Below, piece after piece: positions 25,099 through 36,045 of a stretch of DNA of 57,209 nucleotides. Every line of letters starts with the position of its first letter. Position 1 is the first letter of the stretch. Source of the stretch: Candidatus Saccharimonadia bacterium (GTDB lineage: Bacteria > Patescibacteriota > Saccharimonadia > UBA4664 > JBBRNT01). The DNA lies in assembly GCA_038230095.1 (NCBI GenBank), contig JBBRNT010000007.1, positions 1 to 57,209 on the forward strand, read 5' to 3'. The notes under the pieces are model-generated. The model ran no database searches. It was not told the DNA's origin and saw only the letters and a program-made list of their open reading frames with translations. A program made the translations under genes and the position numbers.

Positions 25099-27972
25099 CT
25101 ACTTCTTGGATACTTTGGGCTTTTTCTCGGAAGTATTGGCGGTGGGGGTGTGCTCCCCAGCAAATATGCGGGCTAGATAGCGGCCAGTGTGGGACTCTGG
25201 CACCTCGGCCACCAGCTCCGGTATGCCAGTAGCAATGACTGTACCACCACCGGCTCCGCCTTCTGGACCCATGTCTATGAGCCAGTCGGAGCACTTAATG
25301 ACGTCTAGATTATGCTCAATAACAACCACAGTATTACCGGTATTAACCAATGCATCCAGAACGCCAAGCAGGCGTTTAACGTCTTCAAAATGTAGGCCAG
25401 TGGTAGGCTCATCCAGGATGTACATGGTGCGGCCGGTAGAGCGACGGGCTAGCTCGGTAGCCAGCTTAATGCGCTGAGCCTCACCACCAGAGAGAGTGGT
25501 AGCGGGCTGGCCCAGGCGAATGTAGCCCAGACCTACACTGTTCAGCGTCTCCAGCTTGCGGCGCACAGATGGGATGTTCTCGAAGAAGCCCACGCCCTCT
25601 TCGACTGTCATGTCTAGGATCTGGGAAATGTTCTTGCCCTTATAGGCAATCTCTAACGCCTCGCGGTTGTAGCGGCGGCCCTTGCACTCTTCGCAGGTGA
25701 CATAGACGTCTGGCAGGAAGTGCATTTCAATCTTAATAATACCGTCGCCCCGACAGACTTCACAGCGTCCGCCCTTCACATTGAAGCTAAAGCGGCCAGA
25801 CTTGTAGCCGCGGATCTTGGCCTCGGGAACCTGAGCGAACAGCTCTCGGACATCGCCAAAGATGCCAGTATAGGTGGCGGTATTAGAGCGAGGGGTGCGG
25901 CCGATAGGCGATTGGTCTACGGAAATAACCTTATCCAGGTTCTTCAGACCTTCAATGTCATCGTGCTTGCCTGGTAGCTCACCAGCGCGGTGGAACACCT
26001 GCGAGAGCTTCTTAGCGAGAATGTCGTTGATGAGACTGGATTTCCCGGAACCGGACACGCCGGTGATGGTCACGAGCTTGCCGAGCGGGATTGTAACGTC
26101 AATATTCTGGAGATTGTGCTCTCTGGCGCCGCGAATGACCAGGCTCTTGCCATTACCGGCTCGCCGCTTGGACGGCACAGAGATAGCTAGCTCGCCCGAG
26201 AGGTACTTGCCAGTGAGGCTCTCTGGGTGCTTGCTCAGATTGGCAGGCACGTCGGCTGCCACGACGCGACCGCCGTGCTCGCCGGCGTATGGGCCTATGT
26301 CTATGACGTAGTCGGCGGTTCGGATAGTGTCCTCGTCATGCTCAACGACAATGACGGTATTGCCCAGATCGCGCAGCCGCATGAGCGTCGCGATAAGGCG
26401 ATCGTTATCCCGCTGGTGGAGGCCTATTGACGGCTCATCTAGGATGTAGAGCACCCCCATGAGGCTAGAGCCAATCTGGGTAGCCAGGCGGATACGCTGA
26501 GCCTCGCCGCCGGCTAGGGTATTGGCGCTGCGGTCGAGCGTAAGATAGGACAGGCCCACATCTACCAGGAAGCGCAAGCGCTCTTTGATCTCCTTGAGAA
26601 TCTGGGCAGCAATGAACATTTCGCGGTCGGCCAGCTTAATCGTATCGAAGAACGCAATAGCCCCGCCGATAGATAGCGTGGTCAGGTCCACAATAGATTG
26701 CTTCTCGATGGTAACGGCGAGAATCTCTGGCTTGAGGCGCTTGCCACCACAGACGGGACAGAGGTGCTCCGCCATGTACTTCTCAATCTCGCGACGGACG
26801 AAGTCCGAGTCGGTCTCATGGTAGCGGCGCTCCATATTGGGAATAACGCCTTCGTAAGTGGTGTGGTAGGTGCGTCCACCGGGGCCCTTAATTGGGATAC
26901 TGGTCTCATCGGCACCGTAGAGGATGGTCTTCAGATCGGCTGGTTTCATCTCGGATACTGGGGTGTCCAGTGAGAAGCCGTAGTGGGCTGCCACCCCAGT
27001 AAGCAGCTTGGTGTACCAGGTGGCGCGGGCGGTAGTACGGCTCCATGGGCGAATAGCGCCCTCATTGATGGTAAGGCGACGGTTGGGGATGACAATCTCT
27101 GGGTCTACCTCCAGGCGGGTACCGAGCCCGGTGCAGTGAGGACAGGCACCGTGCGGCGAATTAAAGGAGAAGTTGCGTGGAGCTATTTCCGGAAGACTTA
27201 TTTCGCGGTGTACCGGGCAGGCAAAGTGCTCGGAAAAGACCTGTTCCTTGCCGGTGTCTGACTCTACCACCTTCACAATCCCCTCGCCCAGAGCCAGGGC
27301 GTGCTCCACTGACTCGGTAAGCCGTTGCTGGATTTCGGCATCTATCATAAGCCGGTCAACCACGGCCTCTATAGTGTGCTTTTTCTGCTTATCTAGGTCT
27401 GGGAACTCATCGAGCTCGTACATGGTGCCGTTAATTCGTACACGAGTGTAACCGGCCTTGCGGAGCTCTGTGGCAACGCCGCGATGCTCACCCTTTTTGT
27501 CGTCAACAACGGGCGCCAGAATAAGGACCTTGGTGTCGGCCGGCAGCTCTAGAATTTGGTCGACAATCTGGCCCGTGGTCTGGCGGGTGACCTCGCGGCC
27601 ACAGATAGGACAGTGCGGGATACCAACCCGGGCATAGAGCAAGCGCAAGTAGTCATAAACCTCCGTGACGGTACCCACCGTGGAGCGTGGGTTGCGCGAT
27701 GAGCTCTTCTGATCGATAGATATGGCGGGTGATAGCCCGTCTATCTGGTCTACGTCCGGCTTTTCCATGAGCCCCAGGAACTGACGGGCATAGGCAGACA
27801 GGCTCTCGACATAGCGGCGCTGGCCCTCTGCATAGATGGTATCGAACGCCAAGCTGGACTTCCCAGAACCAGATAGACCAGTGATAACCACAAGCTTGTC
27901 GCGCGGTATATCTACATCTATATTCTTTAGGTTGTGCTCTCTAGCACCCCGTACCCGAATACGATCTTGCAC
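25099..27972 (-). CDS. uvrA: Excinuclease ABC subunit A
   Basis: GAREHNLKN, two Walker A motifs ([16 protein letters not shown]), Zn fingers, LSGGEAQR; GTG start 27972 with GGAGA SD. Confidence 0.98.
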   Translation of the reverse strand: MQDRIRVRGAREHNLKNIDVDIPRDKLVVITGLSGSGKSSLAFDTIYAEGQRRYVESLSAYARQFLGLMEKPDVDQIDGLSPAISIDQKSSSRNPRSTVGTVTEVYDYLRLLYARVGIPHCPICGREVTRQTTGQIVDQILELPADTKVLILAPVVDDKKGEHRGVATELRKAGYTRVRINGTMYELDEFPDLDKQKKHTIEAVVDRLMIDAEIQQRLTESVEHALALGEGIVKVVESDTGKEQVFSEHFACPVHREISLPEIAPRNFSFNSPHGACPHCTGLGTRLEVDPEIVIPNRRLTINEGAIRPWSRTTARATWYTKLLTGVAAHYGFSLDTPVSEMKPADLKTILYGADETSIPIKGPGGRTYHTTYEGVIPNMERRYHETDSDFVRREIEKYMAEHLCPVCGGKRLKPEILAVTIEKQSIVDLTTLSIGGAIAFFDTIKLADREMFIAAQILKEIKERLRFLVDVGLSYLTLDRSANTLAGGEAQRIRLATQIGSSLMGVLYILDEPSIGLHQRDNDRLIATLMRLRDLGNTVIVVEHDEDTIRTADYVIDIGPYAGEHGGRVVAADVPANLSKHPESLTGKYLSGELAISVPSKRRAGNGKSLVIRGAREHNLQNIDVTIPLGKLVTITGVSGSGKSSLINDILAKKLSQVFHRAGELPGKHDDIEGLKNLDKVISVDQSPIGRTPRSNTATYTGIFGDVRELFAQVPEAKIRGYKSGRFSFNVKGGRCEVCRGDGIIKIEMHFLPDVYVTCEECKGRRYNREALEIAYKGKNISQILDMTVEEGVGFFENIPSVRRKLETLNSVGLGYIRLGQPATTLSGGEAQRIKLATELARRSTGRTMYILDEPTTGLHFEDVKRLLGVLDALVNTGNTVVVIEHNLDVIKCSDWLIDMGPEGGAGGGTVIATGIPELVAEVPESHTGRYLARIFAGEHTPTANTSEKKPKVSKK

Positions 27973-28113
27973 CCTATTTCTCCGATTCAACTAGGGATAA
28001 AGTATACGCGGCTGTCAAGACTTTGGCAATGCTCAGTAGTGGGACCGGCCAACGGGAGTGGCCACAGGATGGGCTGGTCTGATATACTTATGGTAATTTA
28101 CGAGGGATACTCC

Positions 28114-28608
28114 ATGTCAGACCCAGAAACAGGTGCCGCCGAACACGAATCAACTATGACTCCATCCGTAAGCCCAGATATGGCTGCGGCTGGTGCGGCT
28201 GTGCAGGCAGAGTCAGCAGCGCGGGCAGCTACGGCCGCAGAGCAAATGGCACGGCCACTGGCCGAAGGCGCTATTACAGGTGTGCCTGGTGCGGAGGCCC
28301 CAGCCGGAACGGTGGCAGTGGCCGAGAAGCCAGCCGACTGGGATGAGGCTACTGGCATGAGCATATCCGATCCACGCTTCCCTACGGCAAAATATGCCCA
28401 AAGTGGCCCACTACCGGCCCAAACCGGTGGCGACGGCTATAATATGAATAGTACTGGCGGCCAGGCACGATCTGAGGCCCCTAATCCGGTAGCGGCGGCC
28501 GCGACCGAGACAGCCTATCGCGAAACCAACGGTATGACGACAAATGCCGCGCCAGTCCCTCCCAAGAAGCGCAGCATTATGGACCGCCTACTCGGCCGTA
28601 ACAAGTAG
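28114..28608 (+). CDS. Ala/Pro-rich low-complexity protein with basic amphipathic C-terminal tail
   Basis: GAGG SD before ATG 28114; ends PPKKRSIMDRLLGRNK. Confidence 0.7.
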   Translation: MSDPETGAAEHESTMTPSVSPDMAAAGAAVQAESAARAATAAEQMARPLAEGAITGVPGAEAPAGTVAVAEKPADWDEATGMSISDPRFPTAKYAQSGPLPAQTGGDGYNMNSTGGQARSEAPNPVAAAATETAYRETNGMTTNAAPVPPKKRSIMDRLLGRNK

Positions 28609-28658
28609 CCTGCTGATCAATAAAAAACCGCCCACCGAGGCGGTATTTTTGCTCACTG

Positions 28659-29570
28659 CTAGGGGGTCAATTGCAAAATAGCTTCGATGTCGAGCCTAGT
28701 GTTGGGTTGCCCGTAGCCAAGATGGTTCAGGCTCACCTTACGCAGCTCGAGCTGCTGCAACAGGGCATTTGAGTTCCCCTCCCCTGCCGGAACAGCGGCA
28801 ACGGCTTCTAGCGCGGCTTCATAGCTCGGGTTCTGTCTTTGCTGCTTGAGTACCTGAGCCGCCTCCGGGATCTGATCAACAGTGATGTAGCCACTACGAA
28901 CTAGTTCATTCTCCAGTACGTAGTGCGCCAAGCCTTCGGCAAATCGTTCGGATGCTATGCGCGGCTCACTGACCGGGGATGCTGGAAGTCTGTATGCCTC
29001 AACTACACCGCTCTCGATAATTTTTTGATCAAACCGCTCATATGTAGGCGTCGGCCATAGTTCGGCTACCGAAGGATGCGGTGGGATACTTGGCATGACA
29101 TACTTGTAGGCGTTTTCAATACCGTGGCCCAACTCATGCGCCGTAATGTGGAGTAACGCTAGTCGGTGAGCCTCGGCTTGGGACAGATCGACGCCCAGGA
29201 CGGCGAGGAGCGCTATCGTCTCGCCCTGAAACTTCTCAACACCAGCCTGCGTGACTTCCATGACGAAACTCTCAGGCCGTATGGTCCTGTCCTCGGTGTG
29301 GGTTATCTCTCCATGCGTGATAGCATCGTGAACAAACCTAGCGTCATACTCGTGGGCGGCAAATATGCGTACAGCGTCTGGCCTAGTTTGTAGACTATCG
29401 ACAAATTGCTGAAATGCTTCACCAGTACGCTCACCAAGTGGGAGCTCAGCGATGGCTGCTGCCGCATCACTGATCATTTCCCGTGTATCCACAGCTAGCT
29501 CGCGGCCAGCCTCAATGTCTATTTCACGGCTCTGTGGGGCCGGCTCCGGCTCGAATATCTCTCCACTCAC
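28659..29570 (-). CDS. Putative zincin-type metallopeptidase (HExxH)
   Basis: ITAHELGHG plus downstream SERFAEG; GTGA overlap with the uvrB stop. Confidence 0.65.
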   Translation of the reverse strand: MSGEIFEPEPAPQSREIDIEAGRELAVDTREMISDAAAAIAELPLGERTGEAFQQFVDSLQTRPDAVRIFAAHEYDARFVHDAITHGEITHTEDRTIRPESFVMEVTQAGVEKFQGETIALLAVLGVDLSQAEAHRLALLHITAHELGHGIENAYKYVMPSIPPHPSVAELWPTPTYERFDQKIIESGVVEAYRLPASPVSEPRIASERFAEGLAHYVLENELVRSGYITVDQIPEAAQVLKQQRQNPSYEAALEAVAAVPAGEGNSNALLQQLELRKVSLNHLGYGQPNTRLDIEAILQLTP

Positions 29571-31588
29571 GCGCGCAAATTCCTTTTCCGCGTCGTGCCC
29601 TTCTTACGTGGCTGGGGGTCGATGATAGAGTTCTTGATCTCCTCAATTTGGTCGCGCAGCAGGGCCGCCTTCTCGAACTGTAGATTCTGGGCGGCAAGCT
29701 CCATTTGATCGTTCAGCTGTTTAACTAACTGGAGGCGGTCTTCCTTGGGGATCTCTTCGACTTTGAACTCCTTGGCGTCGGCCTTGGCAGCACGCTCGGC
29801 CTCATTGAGCCGCTCGGCTTGGGCCTTTTTGATGCCCTCAGGGGTAATGCCATGCTCCACATTGTAGGCCTCTTGGATGGCGCGGCGCTCGGTGGTGGTA
29901 TCTATAGCCGCCTGCATGGAGCGGGTGGTACGATCGGCGTACATAATGACACGGCCCTCCACGTGGCGGGCAGCGCGGCCAATAGTCTGCATAAGCGAGC
30001 TCTCATTGCGCAGGAAGCCCTCCTTATCGGCATCAAGAATGGCAACCAGTGAAACTTCGGGTAGGTCCAGGCCCTCACGCAGCAGATTGATGCCTACAAT
30101 GACGTCGTACACACCCAGCCGCAGATCGGCCAGAATGTCCGTGCGCTCCAGGGTCTGGATTTCCGAGTGTAGGTACTGGACCTTTATGCCCAGCTCCTTC
30201 AGGTACTCGGTAAGGTCCTCGGACATGCGCTTGGTGAGGGTAGTCACCAAGGCACGCTGGCCCTTGGCGGTGACGGCGCGGATTTCTGCCACTAGGTCGT
30301 CTACCTGGTTATTGATAGGCCGGACAGTAATTTGCGGGTCGAGCAGGCCGGTCGGGCGAATGATCAGGCGCACTACCTGCTGGCTGCGGCTGAGCTCATA
30401 CTCGGCAGGGGTGGCAGAAACGTAGATGACCTGATTAATGTGGTTGTCGAACTCGGCAAACTTCAGCGGCCGGTTGTCTAGCGCACTCGGCAGGCGGAAG
30501 CCGTAATCGACCAGGGTAGTTTTGCGGGCTCGGTCGCCATTGAACATGCCCCGTACTTGGGAGACAGAGATGTGGCTCTCGTCTATAAACATGAGTGAGT
30601 CATCGGGGAAGTAGTCGAGCAGGGTAGCTGGCTGCTCACCCGGCTCACGCTCACTGAGATAGCGCGAGTAGTTTTCTATGCCGGGGACAAAGCCGGTCTG
30701 TTCGAGCATTTCCAGATCATACTTGGTGCGCTGCTCTAGACGCTGGGCCTCTAGGAGCTTGCCCTCCTCGCGCAGTTGCGGCACGCGCGCGTACAGCTCA
30801 TCGCGAATCTTGGCGATAGCACCCTGCATTTTCTCCTGGGGCGTCACAAAGTGCTTACCGGGGAAGATCTTGATAGCCGTAGGCTCACTTAAGACCTCAC
30901 CGGTGAGCGGATCTACTTCACGGATGCGCTCAATGGTGTCGCCAAAGAACTCTAGCCTGTAGGCAGTCTCGGCTCCCACCGGGTAGATCTCTACCACATC
31001 GCCGCGAACCCGGAACTTGCCGCGGGAGAAATCGGTATCATTGCGCTCGTACTGAATGTCATTGAGCTGGCGCAGGAACTTGTCGCGCTTGCGCAGCTCG
31101 CCCTTGGCCAGATCAATGGTAAGCGCCGTATAGTCCTGGACATTGCCCAGACCATAGATGCAGCTGACCGAGGCAACAATTAGCACGTCTTTGCGGGTAA
31201 GCAGGCTCATGGTAGCAGCGTGCCGGAGGCGGTCGATCTCCTCATTGATAGAGGAGTCTTTCTCAATGTAGGTGTCGCTACGGGGTATATAGGCCTCAGG
31301 CTGGTAGTAGTCGTAGTAGCTCACAAAGTACTGCACCGCATTTTTCGGGAAGAAAGTCTTGAACTCTGTGTAGAGCTGGGCCGCTAGCGTCTTGTTGTGG
31401 GACAGAACCAGGGTGGGCTTTTGCTCCTGGGCCACAATGTTGGCCATGGTAAATGTCTTACCTGAGCCGGTCACACCGAGGAGGGTCTGCTCCCGGTCGC
31501 CAGCATGCAAACCCGCCAGGAGCTGCTCTATAGCCCGTGGCTGATCGCCCGTAGGCTGGTATTTGGATACAAGTTCAAATTGAGACAT
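29567..31588 (-). CDS. uvrB: Excinuclease ABC subunit B
   Basis: [43 protein letters not shown]-terminal UVR. Confidence 0.98.
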   Translation of the reverse strand: MSQFELVSKYQPTGDQPRAIEQLLAGLHAGDREQTLLGVTGSGKTFTMANIVAQEQKPTLVLSHNKTLAAQLYTEFKTFFPKNAVQYFVSYYDYYQPEAYIPRSDTYIEKDSSINEEIDRLRHAATMSLLTRKDVLIVASVSCIYGLGNVQDYTALTIDLAKGELRKRDKFLRQLNDIQYERNDTDFSRGKFRVRGDVVEIYPVGAETAYRLEFFGDTIERIREVDPLTGEVLSEPTAIKIFPGKHFVTPQEKMQGAIAKIRDELYARVPQLREEGKLLEAQRLEQRTKYDLEMLEQTGFVPGIENYSRYLSEREPGEQPATLLDYFPDDSLMFIDESHISVSQVRGMFNGDRARKTTLVDYGFRLPSALDNRPLKFAEFDNHINQVIYVSATPAEYELSRSQQVVRLIIRPTGLLDPQITVRPINNQVDDLVAEIRAVTAKGQRALVTTLTKRMSEDLTEYLKELGIKVQYLHSEIQTLERTDILADLRLGVYDVIVGINLLREGLDLPEVSLVAILDADKEGFLRNESSLMQTIGRAARHVEGRVIMYADRTTRSMQAAIDTTTERRAIQEAYNVEHGITPEGIKKAQAERLNEAERAAKADAKEFKVEEIPKEDRLQLVKQLNDQMELAAQNLQFEKAALLRDQIEEIKNSIIDPQPRKKGTTRKRNLRA

Positions 31589-31663
31589 GAGCTAATTATA
31601 GCGCATTGCGCTTTTGTTCGCTATGTGTTCGGTACATGTGCTTATCGATCCAAAAGCAGGGCG

Positions 31664-31734
31664 GATTACTAGCCTTGTATTATTAGCCCTATTTTACCAG
31701 CCTTGTTTTCTAGCCTAGGTGCTCGGCGATAACG
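31664..31734. repeat. Degenerate 14-bp tandem repeats plus a copy of the response-regulator 3' end (direct repeat A)
   Basis: ttactagccttgta / ttattagccctatt / ttaccagccttgtt / ttctagcct, then aggtgctcggcgataacg. Confidence 0.8.
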
Positions 31735-31780
31735 CTAGGTAAGGCTAATATTTTGTGGTCATTTTAGACTGCGGGTCCAG

Positions 31781-32503
31781 CTAATATGCTAGACTGGCGA
31801 GAATTTCCTTGGCCTCGACGACTTCTGGCTTATTGAAGTATGCGTTGGCGTCTGCCTGGCTCAAGCTTGGGCCGCTGGCGTAGGTCGGGCTGGTAGCAAA
31901 GACCGCCGTGGTGTTATTACCATTATAGCCTGGTAAATTCTTGCTGTTATGACGGCCGGTAAACAAGTCGTATCCCATAGCAGGCCCAGTAGTTAGCATT
32001 GACGCGGTATCCTGGACTGCTATCCATGGTTGGTACTTTTGCCCGTCACTGGTTATAGTACCAGTTTCAACAACGAGGCCTGGCGCCTTACCGAGCGCAG
32101 TGGATGATAGCACATGTACTAATGGGCAGCCTCCCTTTCCCGGTGCAATGGTACTGTCGCAGCTTCCGCCAAGACCATCAAGGAGCGAGATCCAATACAC
32201 CTTAACACTGCCAGACGGGCTGACCAGTGTCAGTGAATCTGCTGTTTGTTCATTACTTATTTCACCAGTGGTCTGCTTCCAGGTTTTGGGGTATTTAAAT
32301 GTGGCTTTTTCGGTTTTTGATGAATACGTAGCCCAACTGGCGGTTGGGTCAATCTTCTTCGGCACATTGTCGTTAGTCACAACCTCACCCTTGGCGGCCT
32401 GCTGATAGTGCCAGTAGGCATAGCCGCCTACACCAAGAACGGCCACCATAAGTATTACTAGTAGGCGGTCAACCGCGCCGTGCTCACTGAGACGTGTCTT
32501 CAT
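31781..32503 (-). CDS. Membrane-anchored extracellular protein (PsbP-like WxTY...FxYPxxW motif)
   Basis: N-terminal TM; WATY...FKYPKTW; Cys pair. Confidence 0.75.
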   Translation of the reverse strand: MKTRLSEHGAVDRLLVILMVAVLGVGGYAYWHYQQAAKGEVVTNDNVPKKIDPTASWATYSSKTEKATFKYPKTWKQTTGEISNEQTADSLTLVSPSGSVKVYWISLLDGLGGSCDSTIAPGKGGCPLVHVLSSTALGKAPGLVVETGTITSDGQKYQPWIAVQDTASMLTTGPAMGYDLFTGRHNSKNLPGYNGNNTTAVFATSPTYASGPSLSQADANAYFNKPEVVEAKEILASLAY

Positions 32504-32551
32504 ATAAATTTCAGCTTTCTTATTACGCTTATGGTAATAAAAATTAGGGTA

Positions 32552-32609
32552 GATTACTAGCCTTGTTTTACTAGCCTTGTTTTACTAGCCTAGGTGCTCA
32601 GCGATAACG
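32552..32609. repeat. 14-bp tandem repeats plus the response-regulator 3' end (direct repeat B)
   Basis: (ttactagccttgtt)x2 + ttactagcct + aggtgctcagcgataacg. Confidence 0.85.
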
Positions 32610-32947
32610 TCGGCTAGCTGGTTGGGGTCCAGATTGACCTTGAGCAGGTACTCTTCGGCGCCAAGGGCCTTGGCCTGCTCGACAATGCTGGGAGTATCAA
32701 TATTGGACAGGCAGATGATAGCCGGATGGGTACGCTGGTGGATAGCGTCGTAGCTTTTCAGGAAGTCTAGGCCGCTGAAACCGGGCATGAGCATGTCTAG
32801 CACGATTACATTGTGGTCGGGCCGGACCTGGCGCAGGCCATCGGCCCCGTCGATCGCCACATTTACACGGTGCCCCGCGCGCTCCAGGACGATAGTGTAG
32901 GCGTTAGCGATTGCTGCGTCATCTTCAACTAGTAGAATATTTGCCAT
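32585..32947 (-). CDS. Stand-alone receiver-domain response regulator
   Basis: ILLVEDD, LDMLMPGFSG, LSN, YLLK. Confidence 0.92.
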   Translation of the reverse strand: MANILLVEDDAAIANAYTIVLERAGHRVNVAIDGADGLRQVRPDHNVIVLDMLMPGFSGLDFLKSYDAIHQRTHPAIICLSNIDTPSIVEQAKALGAEEYLLKVNLDPNQLADVIAEHLG

Positions 32948-32985
32948 TGGTTGGTTCCTCTTGGGCTTATTATACCCCCCTGGGG

Positions 32986-33729
32986 CTAGTATTTGCCAAC
33001 CCCTGGGCCCGGATCGCTGGTGGCGCAGGCAGAACTCTGACTAGTCTGGATGTCGAAGACAGTCGGCTTCTCGGTCCTGGCAAAGTAGACAATTTCGTAG
33101 GGCGAAGTAGGCCGAGGGGGTAGAACGCAGCCCTGGCCGGGTATGGTCTTTCTGGCCTGTATTACCACCTCCTTTGTCACTTCGTAAACGTCACTAATCT
33201 TAATGTGGAACCCGTCCGTCGGCTCACTACCCAGCTGGATAGCGGCCACCATGGACTTGGTGAAGTCGACCGCCAGAATGGGCGGCGTGGGTGTCAGATG
33301 GGCATGGGCCTTTGCCCAGTAGGCGACCCAATCGGCCTGAGTCTTAATGACCTTGGCTAGGTGGTCTGGCGCGCCATTGCTCGCATCGACCAGAATAGTA
33401 GTCTGGAGATTGAGCTTGGTCACACCGGCTGTAGCCGCCGCCTCATCCGCTTTATAGGTAGCGCCGCCTGGCACCGAGCACGTCTCGGGAAAGGTCTCGG
33501 TTACCGGATAGCCATAGTCCGCGCACTCGCGAAAGTTCCGAATCACAGCGGCTTTTTTGGGGCGCGTGATCAGGATGATAAATATAGCATATGTAATGGC
33601 TAGCAGCGCAAAGAACACGTGCCATCCACGCCGCTTCTTTCTTACCTCTGGAACTACCGCAGCCGACGAAACATGACTCTCTTCTGCAGGTGCGCTGCCG
33701 GGTATGCTGGGGCCCAGTCCAAACGCCAT
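32986..33729 (-). CDS. Membrane-anchored protein with PrcB C-terminal-like domain
   Basis: TM; NFxECxxxGYPVxExFPxxC motif; VDFTKSMV...GSEPTDGFHI...PGQGC...TSPY. Confidence 0.75.
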   Translation of the reverse strand: MAFGLGPSIPGSAPAEESHVSSAAVVPEVRKKRRGWHVFFALLAITYAIFIILITRPKKAAVIRNFRECADYGYPVTETFPETCSVPGGATYKADEAAATAGVTKLNLQTTILVDASNGAPDHLAKVIKTQADWVAYWAKAHAHLTPTPPILAVDFTKSMVAAIQLGSEPTDGFHIKISDVYEVTKEVVIQARKTIPGQGCVLPPRPTSPYEIVYFARTEKPTVFDIQTSQSSACATSDPGPGVGKY

Positions 33730-34136
33730 TACTCCACCGGTACGTCCGTACGTACGGGTAGCTGCTCACTGGCTAGCTCGGCCACCAGCCGGACTATGTC
33801 ACTGGGGTTCTGCTCGACTTTTATGAGGTAGCGGACGACCCCTAGACTGGCGGCGTCGGCCCGGACACGCTCGGAGTCAATGTTGCTGATAGCTACCACC
33901 TTAATGCGTGGGTAACGTACCTGCAGCTCGGCCTCTCGGAGGAAGTCTAGACCACTAAAGCCCGGCATGAGCATGTCTAAGAGAATAATGTCCGGCACAG
34001 CAGGTAGCTGGCGCAACGCCTCCACACCATCTTCGGCGACAAGTACCTCGTAGCCATACTTCTTCAGGATAAACTGATAAGCATTCTGAATACTGGGATC
34101 GTCTTCGACGATAAGGACTTTGATAACACGTGCCAT
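33729..34136 (-). CDS. Stand-alone receiver-domain response regulator
   Basis: VLIVEDD, PDIILLDMLMPGFSG, ISN, YLIK. Confidence 0.92.
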   Translation of the reverse strand: MARVIKVLIVEDDPSIQNAYQFILKKYGYEVLVAEDGVEALRQLPAVPDIILLDMLMPGFSGLDFLREAELQVRYPRIKVVAISNIDSERVRADAASLGVVRYLIKVEQNPSDIVRLVAELASEQLPVRTDVPVE

Positions 34137-34161
34137 ACTTCCCTCTTTCGTGATCAGTATA

Positions 34162-34737
34162 TCATGCTAATGCTGCTTCATCTGAGGCCAGCTTGCGGTA
34201 CTTCTGATTGGTCATGTGGATAATAGTATCGAGCAGACGGATAGGATTGTCATCAAAGGCAATGCGGGAGCGGGAGCGCTGGGCCACCTTGAGCACGCGC
34301 TCAATCTCGTCCGTCATGCCGCCAGAGCCCATGAGCACACCGAGCGGCTTGTGCTCTTCCAGGGCGATGGCAAACTCGTGCAGGGTACCAATGCGGCCAC
34401 CTACCATAATGACGGCGTCGCTGGACCGGACCAGGAGTAGGTCTCGGCCAGTGTAGCCAAACCCGGTGTAGAGAATGGAAGTGAAGCCATTGGTAGGTAG
34501 ACGATAGGTATTGAGGTGCTCGCGGCGGCTAGCAGCGGGAGAAAAGCCAATAGAGATGCCGCCGTGGTCATAGGCGGCAAGGGCAGCCGCGTGGGGCAGG
34601 CCGGAGGTAGCGCCAGTGAGTAGGATATGGCCCCGACGGGCCACTTCTAGAGCGGTTTGGGCAGCTAGGTCGTGGCCGGTGCGAGTACTAGCGCCCTTGG
34701 CCGCACCGGACACGCAGATCTGGTACCGTGCACTCAT
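34162..34737 (-). CDS. LOG/SLOG-family (nucleotide-binding) protein
   Basis: LTGATSGLP, IGFSP, YTGFGY, GGRIGTLHEF. Confidence 0.88.
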   Translation of the reverse strand: MSARYQICVSGAAKGASTRTGHDLAAQTALEVARRGHILLTGATSGLPHAAALAAYDHGGISIGFSPAASRREHLNTYRLPTNGFTSILYTGFGYTGRDLLLVRSSDAVIMVGGRIGTLHEFAIALEEHKPLGVLMGSGGMTDEIERVLKVAQRSRSRIAFDDNPIRLLDTIIHMTNQKYRKLASDEAALA

Positions 34738-35981
34738 GCGGCGTGCAAAGTCTCTGGCTTGATAACCGCATTATCCAGCAGTGTCAGGATCTGCTTCTCT
34801 AGAACCGCCTCGCCCATGTAGCGGGCAAATACCTCATTCCAGAGCGACTCGCGGAAGTGATAGAGGTAGCGGTCGGCAAAGGCCAGATTATTGGAATAGG
34901 ATAGCGATACATCCATAAGATTGAGTGTAATGGGCTCGCCGTCAACCATGGTAGCGACGTAGTCTAGACCACGCCAGAACTCTAGCTCCGGATCTACTTG
35001 GTACAGGTACTCCTCAGCCTTGCGCCAATGAAGGTCCTCTGGCTGCACATGGGGCTCAAATATTTCCGGGTGGCTCTCTGTCTTGAGCTTGCCAAAGTAG
35101 CGCTGGATCACCCGCCAGTGTATTTTGTGACCGGCCACGACATTGACGTGGGATGGATCAGCTATAAGGGTGCTGGCGACAATCTCGCCGAAGTTCTTCT
35201 TAGTCTGGACAAGCTTGAAGAAGGCACTGTAGAGCCGTAGTTCGTTAAAGTAGTGGAATAACAGCGGCATGACCTTGAGGGTGACACCGGTCATGCGCTT
35301 CATAGTCATAGGCATAACGCCAATAACACCGAGCTCTTTGTTGTTGGCAATATTGTGTAACTTTTTCTGGATGAAGTGCTCGGCTATATTGCCCCACTTC
35401 TCGGGATCGAAGATGACCACCTGGATGTCCCGGACCTCGAAATCTGAGGCCTTAAGATTGTGGTAAGTAGCATCGTAGGCATTGAGCCAGTCGGGCTCTT
35501 CGGCAAAGCGGAGGGCAAGAAATAGTTCGTGTACATCTTCTTTCCCCAGCAGATCGTCTACATTCTCATAACCAAGACGGGCCATGGTATTGGGCGGGGG
35601 CATATGGCGGAGCATTTCCCTGGCCTTATCGGTGTGGATAAAGAACCCAGACTTGGGCATGTCTACACTCTGGACAGTTTTGACGATAAGCGGAATCATC
35701 TCGGCTAGATCGCTGGGGTCTTTGCCACCAATAGCCGCTGCCAGGTGCTCGTCGTGCACCTTTACCTGAGCCAACAGCGCACCATACAGCTCGAGGCCGG
35801 TGTAGTCTGGCTCTAGTCGCATACGCTTGGCTCGGTCGGCTACCTTCTCGGCAATCTCGGCGGCCAGTGCTACGTCGACACCCTTACGGCCCGAACGCTC
35901 TTCAAGCTGGAAGAGAGCATGGTCGAATAATGGCTCTCTGGCGTTGAGGAAATTTGCGAGTGTACTCATTGCGTCCATCAT
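34734..35981 (-). CDS. Conserved hypothetical cytoplasmic protein (415 aa)
   Basis: Long ORF coupled (ATGA) to the LOG gene; motifs ALRFAE, HYFNE, FEPHVQPEDLHW, FRESLWNE. Confidence 0.85.
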   Translation of the reverse strand: MMDAMSTLANFLNAREPLFDHALFQLEERSGRKGVDVALAAEIAEKVADRAKRMRLEPDYTGLELYGALLAQVKVHDEHLAAAIGGKDPSDLAEMIPLIVKTVQSVDMPKSGFFIHTDKAREMLRHMPPPNTMARLGYENVDDLLGKEDVHELFLALRFAEEPDWLNAYDATYHNLKASDFEVRDIQVVIFDPEKWGNIAEHFIQKKLHNIANNKELGVIGVMPMTMKRMTGVTLKVMPLLFHYFNELRLYSAFFKLVQTKKNFGEIVASTLIADPSHVNVVAGHKIHWRVIQRYFGKLKTESHPEIFEPHVQPEDLHWRKAEEYLYQVDPELEFWRGLDYVATMVDGEPITLNLMDVSLSYSNNLAFADRYLYHFRESLWNEVFARYMGEAVLEKQILTLLDNAVIKPETLHAA

Positions 35982-36016
35982 ACCAGTTACGCTTACACCT
36001 CACAACGATTTTTACC

Positions 36017-36045
36017 TTGACATATGTAAGCATTACATGTATAAT
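36017..36045 (+). promoter_or_regulatory. Consensus sigma70 promoter with palindromic spacer
   Basis: TTGACA-17-TATAAT; spacer contains ATGTAA-gca-TTACAT (36024-36038). Confidence 0.8.

Noticed and set aside
31664-32609. 14-bp tandem repeats as a mini-CRISPR
   Set aside because: Units are contiguous with no unique spacers and are too short.
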